A stretch of DNA of 64,000 nucleotides from the human T2T-CHM13v2.0 reference genome, Homo sapiens. Below the pieces are notes generated by a model. It saw only the letters and a program-made list of their open reading frames with translations. It was not told the origin of the DNA and searched no databases. The translations under genes were made by a program, and so were the position numbers. The stretch lies in assembly GCF_009914755.1 (NCBI RefSeq), contig NC_060935.1. One strand, written 5' to 3'. This document shows, piece by piece, positions 19,891 through 34,240 of this stretch. How positions within the stretch are numbered: the first letter of the stretch is position 1; every line of letters begins with the position of its first letter.

Positions 19891-20146
19891 GGGTGAGATT
19901 TGAACCCCAACCTGTCTGACCCCATAGCCTAACTCCCACCACTAGGCAGATGACAAAGCCTCTTATTGCCTTGGCCCACCATATTGGTTTTTTTCATCGT
20001 TAGTACCCTTGGATAGGATATTTTACTCTAGGCAACCCTTGGAACTTAGACCCTGCCTCATATTGCCATCCTGCCGCAAATCCTTGGGTAGCAAGGACAT
20101 GTCATAGGTAGGAATTCTCAGTGCAGCAGTTAGTTTGGGGTCCTAA

Positions 20147-20756
<610 letters not shown>

Positions 20757-20769
20757 CGTAAAAGACTTT

Positions 20770-21030
20770 CAACACCAGCATTTATATTTGATTCTATTGA
20801 CAGTGCAAGCCAGTGAAGGTTTTAAGATGGTTATAAACATGAGGATAACATGATCAAATGCCATATTTTCAGAAGATAAGTCCTGGACACAGTCCAGGAC
20901 TATCCTGCCTCTTCCCTCCTATACAATGAAGAGGTGGCAGGAAGACACAATTTGCACCCTATTTTGTGGTTTAAGTTAAGGTTATAAGAGTCTGAATTAG
21001 GTAGTGGTGGTAGAAATGGACAGAATATGA
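20770..21030 (-). mobile_element. L2 fragment
   Basis: aagccagtgaaggttttaag..acatgatcaaat..gtctgaattaggtagtggtggtagaaatgga. Confidence 0.65.
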
Positions 21031-21204
21031 TAATAAGTAATTGACTCATTTTACTCTGAAATAAATGTATTTCTTCTGAAAATAAACTTTCTCACCAATA
21101 GCATCATCTGGAAAGAATAAGCTCATAGCTTCATAACTCTCGGGGACCCAGGATGTATCTCAGGTGTATCATTGTTCCTTGGTTCATATTCTTGAAACTT
21201 TTGG

Positions 21205-21425
21205 CAACAGCATGATGTGGAGGGAAGCTTAGGGGGTTGAAGTCAGGCCCGCTTTCTAGTAGTGACTCTGCCACTCAACTAACCATGTGACCTTGGGAAA
21301 GTCCTTAATCTCTCTGAGCCTGTCTTCTCATCTGTAAAATGGGGTTAATGTCTGTCACACAGGGTAGTTGTGAGGCTTAAATACAACAGAAGATAGAAAA
21401 GCTATGATGAGCACAGAATAAATGT
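21205..21425 (+). mobile_element. MIR SINE
   Basis: tgtgaccttgggaaagtccttaatctctctgagcctgtcttctcatctgtaaaatgggg. Confidence 0.85.
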
Positions 21426-21559
21426 CAGTTTTTATACTATCTTTTCTTAGCCAAACATCTCATTAAAAGCCCTGAGTAATCACCCTTAAAGTCATGTTTG
21501 AAAGAAAAGTGATTGGGTTTAACCAACCTTTTAGAAAGAAATTTGGCTTTCCAAATGTT

Positions 21560-21790
21560 TTCCACTGTGTATTAAGACACATAAAAATGTTCATATCTTT
21601 TGACCCAGTTGTTCCACTTCTCAGAATCTATTGTTAGGAAATTGTCCTCAATACAGAAAGAGTGGAATGCACAAAGAGGTTCAATGCACAGATGGCTACA
21701 ATAGTGAAAAATCAGAAGCAATTTGAATGTCCAGAAGCCAATGATTGCAGAGTCCCACTGCAGTCTGCTGATACTTTAAACATGCTTTAA
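21560..21790 (+). mobile_element. Old L1M (L1ME-like) fragment
   Basis: atatcttttgacccagttgttccacttctcagaatctat..aaagaggttcaatgca. Confidence 0.6.
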
Positions 21791-22984
21791 ATCAGTATAA
21801 AATACACAGCTCAAAACAATATGAAAACGGGCAAAGTAAATCAAGGATCAAACATTCTTTTCTTCGATTCATCACCTCCCACCTCTGATGTCCAACCCCA
21901 CTCTTCTGCAGGGCTTCCCTGTGTGGCCCATATACCAACAATTCTCTTTTTCTGCCATCTGGGTACTACCAGGGCTCATTTGCACAGCATTAAGCTTCCC
22001 ACCCAGCTGCCTAAGCCCCCTCGGAGGCAAATCTCAGCTCTTTCCCCTGCAGACACAGAGGTTCTCTCCAAGCTTGGCAGTTTTTTGGCACAGCTCTCTC
22101 TCTGTCTCCCAAGGCTTCCTTGCTCTGGCCCCACCCCATATCCCTATTACCTTCCCACTTCCAACTTCTTTCCCGATTGTCTCCAACGCAGTTCGCTGTG
22201 CCCTTCTAAGTTAGAGAAAGTATTTTCTCAGGTGTCCAAAATTTGTTCATCTACATAAACTTAAGGAAGAGGGAAAAAAGATAGATTTTGATGTCAAAGT
22301 TTATTTAGAAGCCAGTTTACACTCAGTCTCCAAGTCTTTCAGTCTTGACTGCTTCGTGGAATCCCTCAAGAGAAGACTAAAATGTTATTAAACTACATCA
22401 TTTCAAAGCTGGAATTCATGAAGTTAGAAACACAGACAGTTAGCTGGTCAAAAATAAAAATAAAAATCACATAAAGTCATGTGGTGCTACCTGTATTTTG
22501 TAAGCGGGCACTTCCTCTTTTGGTAACTCCTTGAATGAAGAGCATTTGGTTTCTCTTGAGTTTGTATAATTATATGCATTGTGCAATTTCTTAGCTTTGG
22601 CAGGCGCTGGGTAGCATTTGGCTTCAGCACTTTCAACTCTAAGGACAATTTCACAATTGGGCTTTTCCTGTCAGCTCCAACATCTGGACCCAGGGGAGAC
22701 TGGGTCCACCATGCGATGAAACCCTATGTGAACTTCCTCAGCCAAGCAAGAACAAGCTGTACAAGGGCAGGTCCTTCCCTCACTCCAGGAGCCTGAAAGC
22801 AGGTCTTTCACTGTGGCTGCCAGGTTATGGCCATTTTTTAAAAGAAAATAAGCTGATCATTTTTTAAAATGCTGCTTTACTGGTTGAACAATAATCACTA
22901 TTTCAAATCAATATTTATTCAGCACCTACTGCATGCCATGAGTTCCACCCTGTGTGCTGGAATACAGAGACAGCTCCTGCTAAT

Positions 22985-23487
<503 letters not shown>

Positions 23488-24795
23488 TCCTTTCTTAAAT
23501 ATTGTTTAAATAATGCTGAAAACAAAAAAGAAAAAAGCACTTACAATCCCATCACTTGGTATATAAAGAATAAAAAAGAGCATTGTTCTAAAGCTTATTT
23601 AGAAGCCCATTTACACTTAGACCTCAAGTCTTTTAGCCTTGAATACTTTGTGAAGTTCCTCAAAAGAAGAGTGAAATGTTATTTTAAACCACATCATTTA
23701 AAAAATACATTGCTCATCCTACCCTCTCTGAGTCCGCTGCTGCCTCTGGTGGCCTGGGGCAGGGAATCCAATGCCTGCCCCAACTGGCCACGGCAGTGAT
23801 GGAAGGTGGACCAATGAGAACTAGTCTCTGCCTAGGAAGCACTCGTAGGTTATGTTATATACAAAGGATGATGCCTTCACAGTTTAAACTCTCCCCTTAA
23901 TTTATAACCTTGTGCTGAGCTTTCTGCCTCTCCCACAGATCTTCCAGTCCCACCTCCTCTCAAGTAGAACTCCTTAAATGTAGAGTTGTTTCCTTCTTCC
24001 TTCCCCACACACTTAAAACAGGCAGGCACATTTTGTTCTTCATGAACGTTCAGGACCCGCACACTGTGAAACAATGAGTGAAAGGAGTAGACAGCACGGA
24101 CTCTGACTTCCTGGCTCTAGAAAATTCCTTCCAGAGTAAGTTTGCATGCAGTTCACTGTTGCACACAGTCCTGGGCCAAAGGATCCCAAATGAAAGCAAA
24201 AACCCATCAAGAGAATTGTGATTTAAAAGTTAAGAAAACAGCCTGTGCATATTTTTAGAACAGCCCAGAAAAGAATACATCTGTGACTTGAAACAGCTGG
24301 AAATCTACTTTCTGCCAAAATTATGCTGATTATGAAAGCTGTAATGGTCAGACAAGAGACAGTCAGAATCCAAGGAGTCCTGTATTTTCATGTATTCAAC
24401 TTTCAAATAATCTTTACTTTCATACATTAAACATTGACCCCTCTACACTGCCTTTCAAACACCAAATGCCAGCCAGCCATGAAGTTTTTACAGCCATGTT
24501 TGTATAATTGAGGATTTTATTGTATTTTGCCCTTATCAGTTTAGTAGTAAGAATGATCAACCAAAAGAACAAAAGTAATCAGAAGCGTGGGTTTTATAAA
24601 CTCATAATATACTTCAGAAAATAAAGAAAATTATGAGGCATCCTGAAAACAGAATAACATTAGCCCTGGATAGTCATTGGGTTACACCAGTCAACCATGT
24701 GTTCAATTCTGAAGGAAAACAAAATTTTAAAATATGTGTGAAATGTTAAAAATATTGGTAACAACTTATGGCTAAAAGACAAGGTATCATTAGGG

Positions 24796-24819
24796 ATATA
24801 TATATATATATATATATAT
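24796..24819. repeat. (AT)n microsatellite
   Basis: Direct reading. Confidence 0.95.
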
Positions 24820-24849
24820 TAGGATTACTGAAAATGAAGTCTTCTCCTA

Positions 24850-24948
24850 CTTGGCACTCTGCTAGGGTATGTCTGTCATTCACTGTTATGTCCTCAGTGC
24901 CTTGCACATAATAGATGCTCCATAAATATTTGTTGAATAAATGAATAA
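24850..24948 (+). mobile_element. L2 3' end
   Basis: cagtgccttgcacataatagatgctccataaatatttgttgaataaatgaat. Confidence 0.8.
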
Positions 24949-27075
24949 GTCATTTGTAGCTTTGACATTTTAAAGAATTTATTATGCATAAAAGTAGAGA
25001 TATATTTGCCTGTCTCTAAATATAGAAAGAGAAGTAGAAAAAGGATTTCTGAAGCTGCCCCGTCAATGTGCGTAGAGATGGATCAATCTCTTACAGGGGT
25101 ACAAAAGGTGAATTTAAGCAGAAAGGGTGACAGTGAGCTGTTTGTCAGACTATTGTCCAAATGCCCTCCCTCACGGTACACCCTCCTCCAAGCCACACAT
25201 ACACCTGACTGAAATCAGGCAAAAAAACAGACCTGGTAAGGCCAGGACAAAGACAAGGCTTAGGAGTGAGGTGCCCCACCCCCCGCCCCCATCACAGGAT
25301 GCAACGTCTGGAAAGAGGTGGGACAGGAAGTTGTGCCCGGGGGAGAACATCAAATTCTAGTCCAATATAGTCCAAACTGAGGAATAAAATGAAAATGTAC
25401 AACCAAGGTAAAGAACCAAACCAGAGATGCTGGTGAGTGAAGAGCATTCAAATGGACATTTCTAGAGGAATTCTCGGGGTAGAGTGCAGGCATCCAAACT
25501 GGTGTTTCCCACCAACTTGCTGTGTGCATTTGAAGAAACCAGAGCAGAATGCATGCAGCTCCTATGCAAAAGACGGATAAATTACAACACAGAAAAGACA
25601 GTCTAAACTCGTGCACCAGCAGAGCAAGTCTCTGATGTATTTGCTCCAAAATGTAAATGATGAAGCCAAATATTGGACACAGTTGAGATCAGGCACTGGA
25701 AAATTATTTCAATGGTGCCAAGGCCACACGCATGGAGGAAAAGCAGTGTCAGCAGCAAGTGTGGTGAGAAACAGGGTAAAAGCAGGATGGTCCTGAGATT
25801 CTAAGATCAGAACCAGGAAGTGTTGGCAGGAAGGCCTGGGAGATGATCAGAACAGTTCTCCCTCCAGAGAGGACCCAAGCCTCACTCGCACTGCCACGCC
25901 ACCCCAATCTTGAAGGTACCCCATGCCGAACCTCATCACTGACAGCTTGTGAAGGTGTATAACGCCCAGGAGGAGTTGTGGTAAACGTATGCACACATAT
26001 ATATAAATATCATCTTGCTCCAAGGTTTTTGAGGATGGTGAGCTCTGCTTGTCACAAAGGTAACAGGGGTGGTCATTGGTTTCACTTTATGTGACCTTAA
26101 AGTGCATTTTAAGTGAACTCACATTCAATGTCACTTTGTGGGATGCTTGGGGAAGAGGGTCTCCTTTAGTGTCCAGTCTTCTGAGGCTCTGCCTTTTCCC
26201 TCTCTGGCCCTCCTCAGACAAGCAGAGCTGAGACTCTGCCTTCAAAGCTCGGGTATTGCCTGGAATCCCTGAGGCAGTGCTAGCTGGGGAATCCAGTCAG
26301 CTAACACATGCCTCTCAGACAGTCTATACTCTCTCCTCTGACATCCAGGAGGGCTCATGGCAGGGCCACACGGTGAGACCTTGCCCATCACACAGCCATT
26401 ACAGAGGATTCCCACAGAGCCTTTTGACAGTGGTGGCCACTCATGGCTTTCAGAGTATGCTGCTTCCCTGAGGAGCTCACCAAGGGCTGTGATACTCTCA
26501 GAAGTGCCTCTGAAAGGCAGCAGTTTACAGAAGGACCCCTGCTGAGCCCCTGGTGAAGCTGAGCTGCTGCACAGCTTGCCCAAGGAACACGTTTTAGAAA
26601 TATCTTCAGATCCACTGGGACTGCCAGAGGCTCCTCATCCTGTGCCCAGCACAGGCCAGTGGTTCTAGCCCTTTTGGTTCAGGATAAAACTTCACCCTTC
26701 CTAGGTTTTTGTCTTTCCACTCATCCCTCACTGGTGAGGTAAAATATGCCTATTAAATCTTCCCATTGGTGTGCGAGAGTCAATATTTAGGGTACTTGAC
26801 AAAAGCTCTAGATTCCTCTTCCTCTGAGTCCTTACACAGCATACACCTATGGGCATGGAATTGAATAATCTGCCAGTCCTCCATTTCCTTCAGCTCCCTA
26901 AACAGCAAATACAAACTGAACTTCATTAGCAACTCCAACTTGAATGGCAAATGCCAGCCACTGGGTCAGCTCAAAGCTCAAGGATAAATTTCAGTGGTGA
27001 AACATCCACAGAAAACCCTCAAGTGGGAGAATGCTAAGAAACAGTGGGAAAGAACTAATGGGAATCTAGGCCTAC

Positions 27076-27077
<2 letters not shown>

Positions 27078-27121
<44 letters not shown>
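27078..27121. repeat. (CA)22 perfect microsatellite
   Basis: Direct reading. Confidence 0.97.
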
Positions 27122-27123
<2 letters not shown>

Positions 27124-28804
27124 GACTGCCTGCGTGGCTGGTACAATAAAAGTGTGTATTTACACTCGCTCATCTATTTCATTACAAGGGACCAATCACA
27201 AAGACATTTATTTTGTCTTCTTTCCTGCTCTGGTAAGCTAATTACAAAGTAATTGAATTAGCTACAGAATAAATTAGTTGTTATCAAACTGCAAGTAAAG
27301 GGATTCTTCTAAAAATGATTTTAGGGTAAAACACTGGCTTGCACAATTATTCCAGGTTAGGAAATATTTTTAAAATTTATTTTATTAATATGTTTATTGT
27401 AGGAGGAAATCCTAAATTTAAAGGTAAACCTAAAGTAAATATTTATTCTACCTTTAATGAATGACAAAGAAAGGAAAGCATGGGTAAATTCTTGAAAATG
27501 CTAGAGGGGGCAGTCTACGTGAAATGTTTACATGATAATCTTTGTTGGTTGAAGTCACTGAAATATTGAAACGTCTTTAGTGGTGAGCAAGTGGGGTGGA
27601 ATGGTGCTTACTCTACATAATGTTCGATTTAGCACCCTTACCACATGTAATTACTAAGTAGCCAGAAAGAATGTCTTTTTCAAAAGTACATACTCTGCCC
27701 TCTTAAAAATCTCAAAAATAGCATGTTTTCTTTTCAACTTCTAAATTACACTTCTATTAAATGCTATGCAGAGTTCAGAAAATGGCTGCCTCTGATCAAT
27801 CTGGTGTGCAAAGCCCTTCATGAAGTCATATCCATTTGATCATAAATAAGCTCAAAGATACCTTGCAATAAAAGTGTCAGGCTTTCAGCTCTCTGGCAAA
27901 GTAGAAGTTATTTATACATTGAAAGGGTGTGGGATATTAATGGCAAAGACAAAAATGATTGGAAAAGGCCTGGAATCAAAGGACAAAAGCTGGAATTATT
28001 AAACACAATACAACATAATGCCACAATCAGAAACACTGTAATACCATGGAATTCTTACAGTGCCGGTCAAATTATGCCCATGAGCATAATACTTGAGACT
28101 TGAGGGTGAAATGTCAGGTCCTATACTTGGGCCTGGAAGCAACAGCACAATTACAAGATCAAATAACAGTATTGGGAATAAAAATAGTTTGCAGGTTTTA
28201 GTGGGCAGTGAACTCAGAGTTCATGGCATGCAGAGGCTGCAGAAAGGCCAATTTGAGGATGGACAGTCCTACAAGGCATAGTCTGGAAGCAGGGTTCTTA
28301 ACTGGGGCTCTGTTGGTGGGGAGTGGATTTGGGAGTCACAGCCTCTATTGTCAGACATTTATTTCACAGTTTCATAGCAACATTGTCATGATTAGCTATG
28401 TACATATAACTTTGCAACCATCCTTAATGAATACCTAAGGATCATCCTAGAAGTGAAATTTCTGGGTCTGAGGGTGTATACATTCTTAGTGCTTTTAATA
28501 CATACTACCATGTGCCTCTAGAAACATTTTCTGTTTCTAATAAGAGCAGTTGAAAATTCCTGTTTCCCCAGCTATCCACCATTTGCCTCATGATTTTCTC
28601 TAGGACTAAATTTTAAAGTAGAGTCTTTAAAGTAGAAGGGAGTCCAAATTCCATCCCTTTCATTTTATAGGAGAAAAAAAATTGAAGCCCATGAAGGATA
28701 GGCGATGTGTCCTCTAATACCAGAGCTTCTCAGGGGGAGAGAAGATGGGGGTGGCTATAGCTCCCTTCTCCTGGCCTTAGGCCTGATATAGAACAGGTGC
28801 ATGG

Positions 28805-29065
28805 AAACGTCCAGCATAGAGAAATCTACAGAAACAGAAAGTAGATTAGTGGTTGCCTAGGCTTGTGGATGGGAGGGAAGATGGGGAGTGACAACTAACG
28901 AGTATGGATGGGTGTTTTGGTGGGGCCATTGAAAATGTTCTAAATCTATTGCGGTGATGTTTACACAACACTGTGACGATACTAAAAATTATTGAGTTAC
29001 TTTAAAGAGGTAAATTGTATGTTATATAAAATATATCCCAATAAAGCTGCTATTTTAAAAAAAAA
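28805..29065 (+). mobile_element. L1MB-like 3' end inserted in an L2 tail
   Basis: aaatctacagaaacagaaagtagattagtggttgcctagg ... caataaagctg + poly(A). The L2 terminal motif is split around it (aacaggtgc / tgtgctcagtaaacatttg). Confidence 0.85.
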
Positions 29066-29309
29066 TGTGCTCAGTAAACATTTGTAGAAGGACAGAATAG
29101 AGGGAGGAAAACAGATCAAACATCCTTGTTCCTTCATTTCCAACCAGTGGTCTTTCCACTTTCTCACTTTCACTGAAGTAGAACATGTCTAAAATTGTCC
29201 CCAGCTCAGTGCTGGGTTTCCCCTAGGTGTTTCCCTGTGTTTCAGGAATGTGTTTTTTTAGTAAACACTAACCTGCCTCTTCCAGAACTTTTGAGTAGAG
29301 AATTTTTTA

Positions 29310-29661
<352 letters not shown>

Positions 29662-29974
29662 TCAGGGCTGGTCACAAAGTAGGCACTTGATAGATGCTTA
29701 TTTACTGAAATACTGGTGAACTGTATGTACATTAAATATTAAGTAATAAGGCAGTAATATAGCATTATTTTCTAATATTGATGCCTAATTTCTCCAGCTG
29801 TCAGTTCAAGCTCTGTCAATTCAGTTGGCAGTTAACACTCTGGCATTTCAGAGATTCTGATCTCCCCCCTTACATTTCACTGTGCATAGTGAGTTGTTAC
29901 GGGCCCCACTTTGCCCTCAGTGCCCGAAAGCACAGGACTAAATTTAAGGCTCAGAAGTATTGACTGCAGCATCT

Positions 29975-30040
29975 GGGGGGCAAATCTAGAATCCATGAAG
30001 CTTAAACTTTATTCACTTTGGAAGGAGGAAAGGTCCTCTT

Positions 30041-30071
<31 letters not shown>

Positions 30072-30482
30072 AAACAAGTGGGGGCTGCGCATGGTGGCTC
30101 ACGCCTGTAATCCCAGCACTTTGGGGCAGTATCACCTGAGGTCAGGAGATCAAGACCATTCTGGCTAATGCAGTGGAACCGCACCTCTACTAAATATACA
30201 AAAAAAAAAAAAAAAAAAATTAGCTGGGCATGGTGGCACGCACCTGTAGTCCCAGCTACTCGGGAGGCTGAGGCAGGAGAATCGCTTGAACCTGGAGGCA
30301 GAAGTTGCAGAGAGCTGAGATCACACCACTGCACTCCAGCCTGGGTGACAGAGCGAGACTTCCATCTCAATAAATAAACAAATAATAAAAATAAAAACAC
30401 AAAATTATAAATGCTAAGTACAGCACCTTGGAAGGGGCCTGACCAAAGAAGCTTCCTCAGCTTCCTGATAAGTCTGCTTGTG
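29975..30482. mobile_element. MER53-like hAT MITE split by a (TAAA)n tract and an Alu
   Basis: Left part tgaagctta..tcctctttaaaaa; right part acaaaatt..ccttggaaggggcc..aagcttcctcagcttc. Confidence 0.7.
30083..30396 (+). mobile_element. AluS with small left-arm deletion and expanded central poly(A)
   Basis: Dimer structure; ctttggggcagtatcacc lacks ~12 nt of consensus. Confidence 0.9.
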
Positions 30483-31869
30483 GCTTTGTTCGTTTCTCTC
30501 TCCTTTTCATTGGATTTAATTTTGTTTTTATGTTTAAAAGTCCATTGTTAGTAGCAATTTAGCATCATAAGCCTCCTAATTCTTCTTAAAAATACAGTGC
30601 ATTTAAGTAATTGTGTAATTAACTACCCACACCATCTAGACGATAACTAGAATGGTGGGGCATCCCATCTGGAGTGGAGGATGGGCTCTCAAATCGGTGC
30701 CTAATGTGAAAATCACACATAGTCCTAATTGTCTTTAAAATCTCTTAAATTGCCTGTTAAGTACAGAATGTGTGGTTTTATGTGTCTGACCTTGTCAGTA
30801 GTTCTTAGACATACTCAAGTTTGAAAATCACTAAGCCAGACCAAAGGAAGGAAAATCCAAATGCAGGTGCCTGGAGGTAAGAACCTCTTTGCCTTATGAC
30901 CGCTCTCAAATCTCTAGCTTGAACAAAGGTAGGTGCTCACCTGGGATGTTGACTGCCTCTTGTTTTTGATACTGAGCCCTTATAAACTTAATAAATGTTA
31001 CCAGCTTGGTTTGTTGCTATGGAATTTGAAAAGATGATATATTTGAAAGCTGATAGACTGGGACTTGGCACAAGAGGTGCTCTGTGAATGTCAGTTGGAT
31101 TTAAATCTCATTTGATCAGGTCTCCATACACACTGCTCTGCTAAAGATGGTGTCTTCCAAGCTGGTGTTTCTGTTTGTGGCCTCACTACATGACAATCCC
31201 ACTCATTCAGGGCGTGGGCCCTGGACTCAGCACCTCTTTCGGGGTAAATAAAGGATTCCTTTTACCTGAGGGAGGGTTCTCAAGTCTCCCATTTGAAAAC
31301 ATTTCTTCATGACAACTACATGATGTAACTTTGTATAAACAAAAGTTATTTGAAATGAACTTACTTAATAATTTACTTGCTACATTTGCTTTTTTACTTC
31401 TTTGTAAAGCTTAAGCTTAGAAAAGGTGCTTCTGTTGTATTTGCATTTTTTTAAACTGACTCGAGTAAGGCAATGAATGAGGTTTCCGAAAGATGACCAG
31501 AGATAAATCTAGCTAAAATCAGTCTCAGGACTTGAGTTAGTTTTGTTCCTACCCTTATACTTATTTCACTGACATAAGTAATAGTGTTTCCTACTATCTA
31601 CTACTTTGGGGGAAGAAAAGAGAGTCCCTTTGGTACAGAGTTACTAAGCACCTAAATATCAGCCCTGTTTGCTGGGCATGTGGGATTCGGAAATGAATAA
31701 ATAGTGCACAGCCTTGACCTGAAGGTCACATATGTCTGAAGATATTTAGTCCCCTAGATACTTTCTTAAGGAGATGTAAGGGCACTAGCTTTCAATGTAC
31801 TTTTGAGGGAAGTAACCATATTCCTCCAATGTCTTCATAGTTACATTGCTTTATACAAAAACTCTCTTC

Positions 31870-32900
31870 GTAATAGCACCAACGTCTGCCTAGGTGTTCA
31901 ATCCAGACACCATGAGTCACCCAGACCACTCCTTCCCTTCACCCCCACAACAGTTGACCACCAAGACATAGTAGCTCTAAGTCCCAAAATATCCATCTCT
32001 CCCTCTTACTCCTCTATCTCTTTCCTGGTTCAGGCCTCATCACCTCTTGCCTTGACTATCACCACTTCCTAAACTTTTCTCCCTGTCTCCCATTCCCACT
32101 TCCTGCCTTTTCCCAATCTCCCTGCCTTACCCAGCCCATGTTCCATACTATAACTAGAAAGGGCTTTTTAAACACAAAGCTAACAATGGCACCCTCCTGC
32201 TTAAATTCCTCTGTGCTTCCCCGTTACTCTCAGCTGTGGTCCTGCACCTTTTTCTCCTGCTAATGTGCATGCTCATATGTATGTGCATTCAGAGGTTCAT
32301 TCGCTCATGCACGGTTCTGAGCATGCCAGCTATAATCTTGCCCCATCACTCTGGAGGGTGCAAGCCCTCAGTGGGGAACCCCTGCCTTAGAGCATGAAGC
32401 TCAAGTTCCTTGGCCTTGCCTAAAGGTTCTTTCTGATCTGGCCTATTCACATCTGCAACCTCATTTCCTCCCAGCCACGCATATGTGCCCTGTTCATCAG
32501 CCTATTCCAAACCGCTTACAGTACCCTCAAAGAGACCATGCCCCATGCGTTTTTACACATTGCTCTCTTTTCCTTGAATACTTTCCCCCCACCCCTCATC
32601 CACCCATTTAGCAACTACTAACCCTCCAAGACACAACTTAAGAACCACCACCTCCAGGAAGCCTTCCATGCTCCATTTATGTCCCTATTCTCTTATGTTA
32701 TATGTCCCTCCCCTATAAGATCATTTATGGCTTCATGCTTATCTGTAATTAATAGAGTGTTCAAGTTTATAGCTTGTCTTGTGTGCTAGGGAATAAGCTC
32801 CTTGAGACCAAGAACTTTGGGTTATCAATTGTTAAGATCTCAGTTCTTTGCACAGTGCTTTTCATCCTAGGAATCCGCTAACATTTGATATTTGTGGGAG
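31870..32900 (+). mobile_element. L2 fragments
   Basis: ttcaggcctcatcacctcttgccttgacta, cacctccaggaagccttcc, aagctccttgaga..tgcacagtgc. Confidence 0.75.
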
Positions 32901-33127
32901 GAAGGAAAGAAGTAAGAGAAGGTGGAACTTTGAAGCTGTGATCATTTTCTTTCCATCAAAGCCATAGCAAAAAGAACAATATTTTTAACATCCATTTAAT
33001 TAACTTCTATAAAGATTTTTTGTTGACTTCATGAATCTTAAAATTCTTTATTAAAAGATCTTTTGGCTGGTTTCTTCATTCTCACTTTTGAGGATTTGTC
33101 TTAAAGTTATATAAAGGATTCATAGGA

Positions 33128-33392
<265 letters not shown>

Positions 33393-33439
33393 TTATGGGA
33401 ACATTCAATGGTCCCAGGTTTCAACAAAAACTCTGTAGC

Positions 33440-33600
33440 TCTAGAGGATGGTGGCCGGAAGTTGGGCTTTGAAGTGAAACAGACCTGTGTTTGAATCCCT
33501 CTTGGCCACTTAGTATCTGCATGGCTTTGGCAAGTTACCTACCTCTCTGAGCCTCAGTTTCCATATCTGTAAAATAGGGATACTAAAACTACCAACTCCT
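33440..33600 (+). mobile_element. MIR (continues at 33914-33940 and 34241-34300, split by two Alus)
   Basis: ttggcaagttacctacctctctgagcctcagtttccatatctgtaaaataggga. Confidence 0.85.

Positions 33601-34240
<640 letters not shown>

Noticed and set aside
23737-23756. CTCF motif (ggccaccagaggcagc, minus strand)
   Set aside because: Lacks one core G; cannot be supported without a PWM score or ChIP data.
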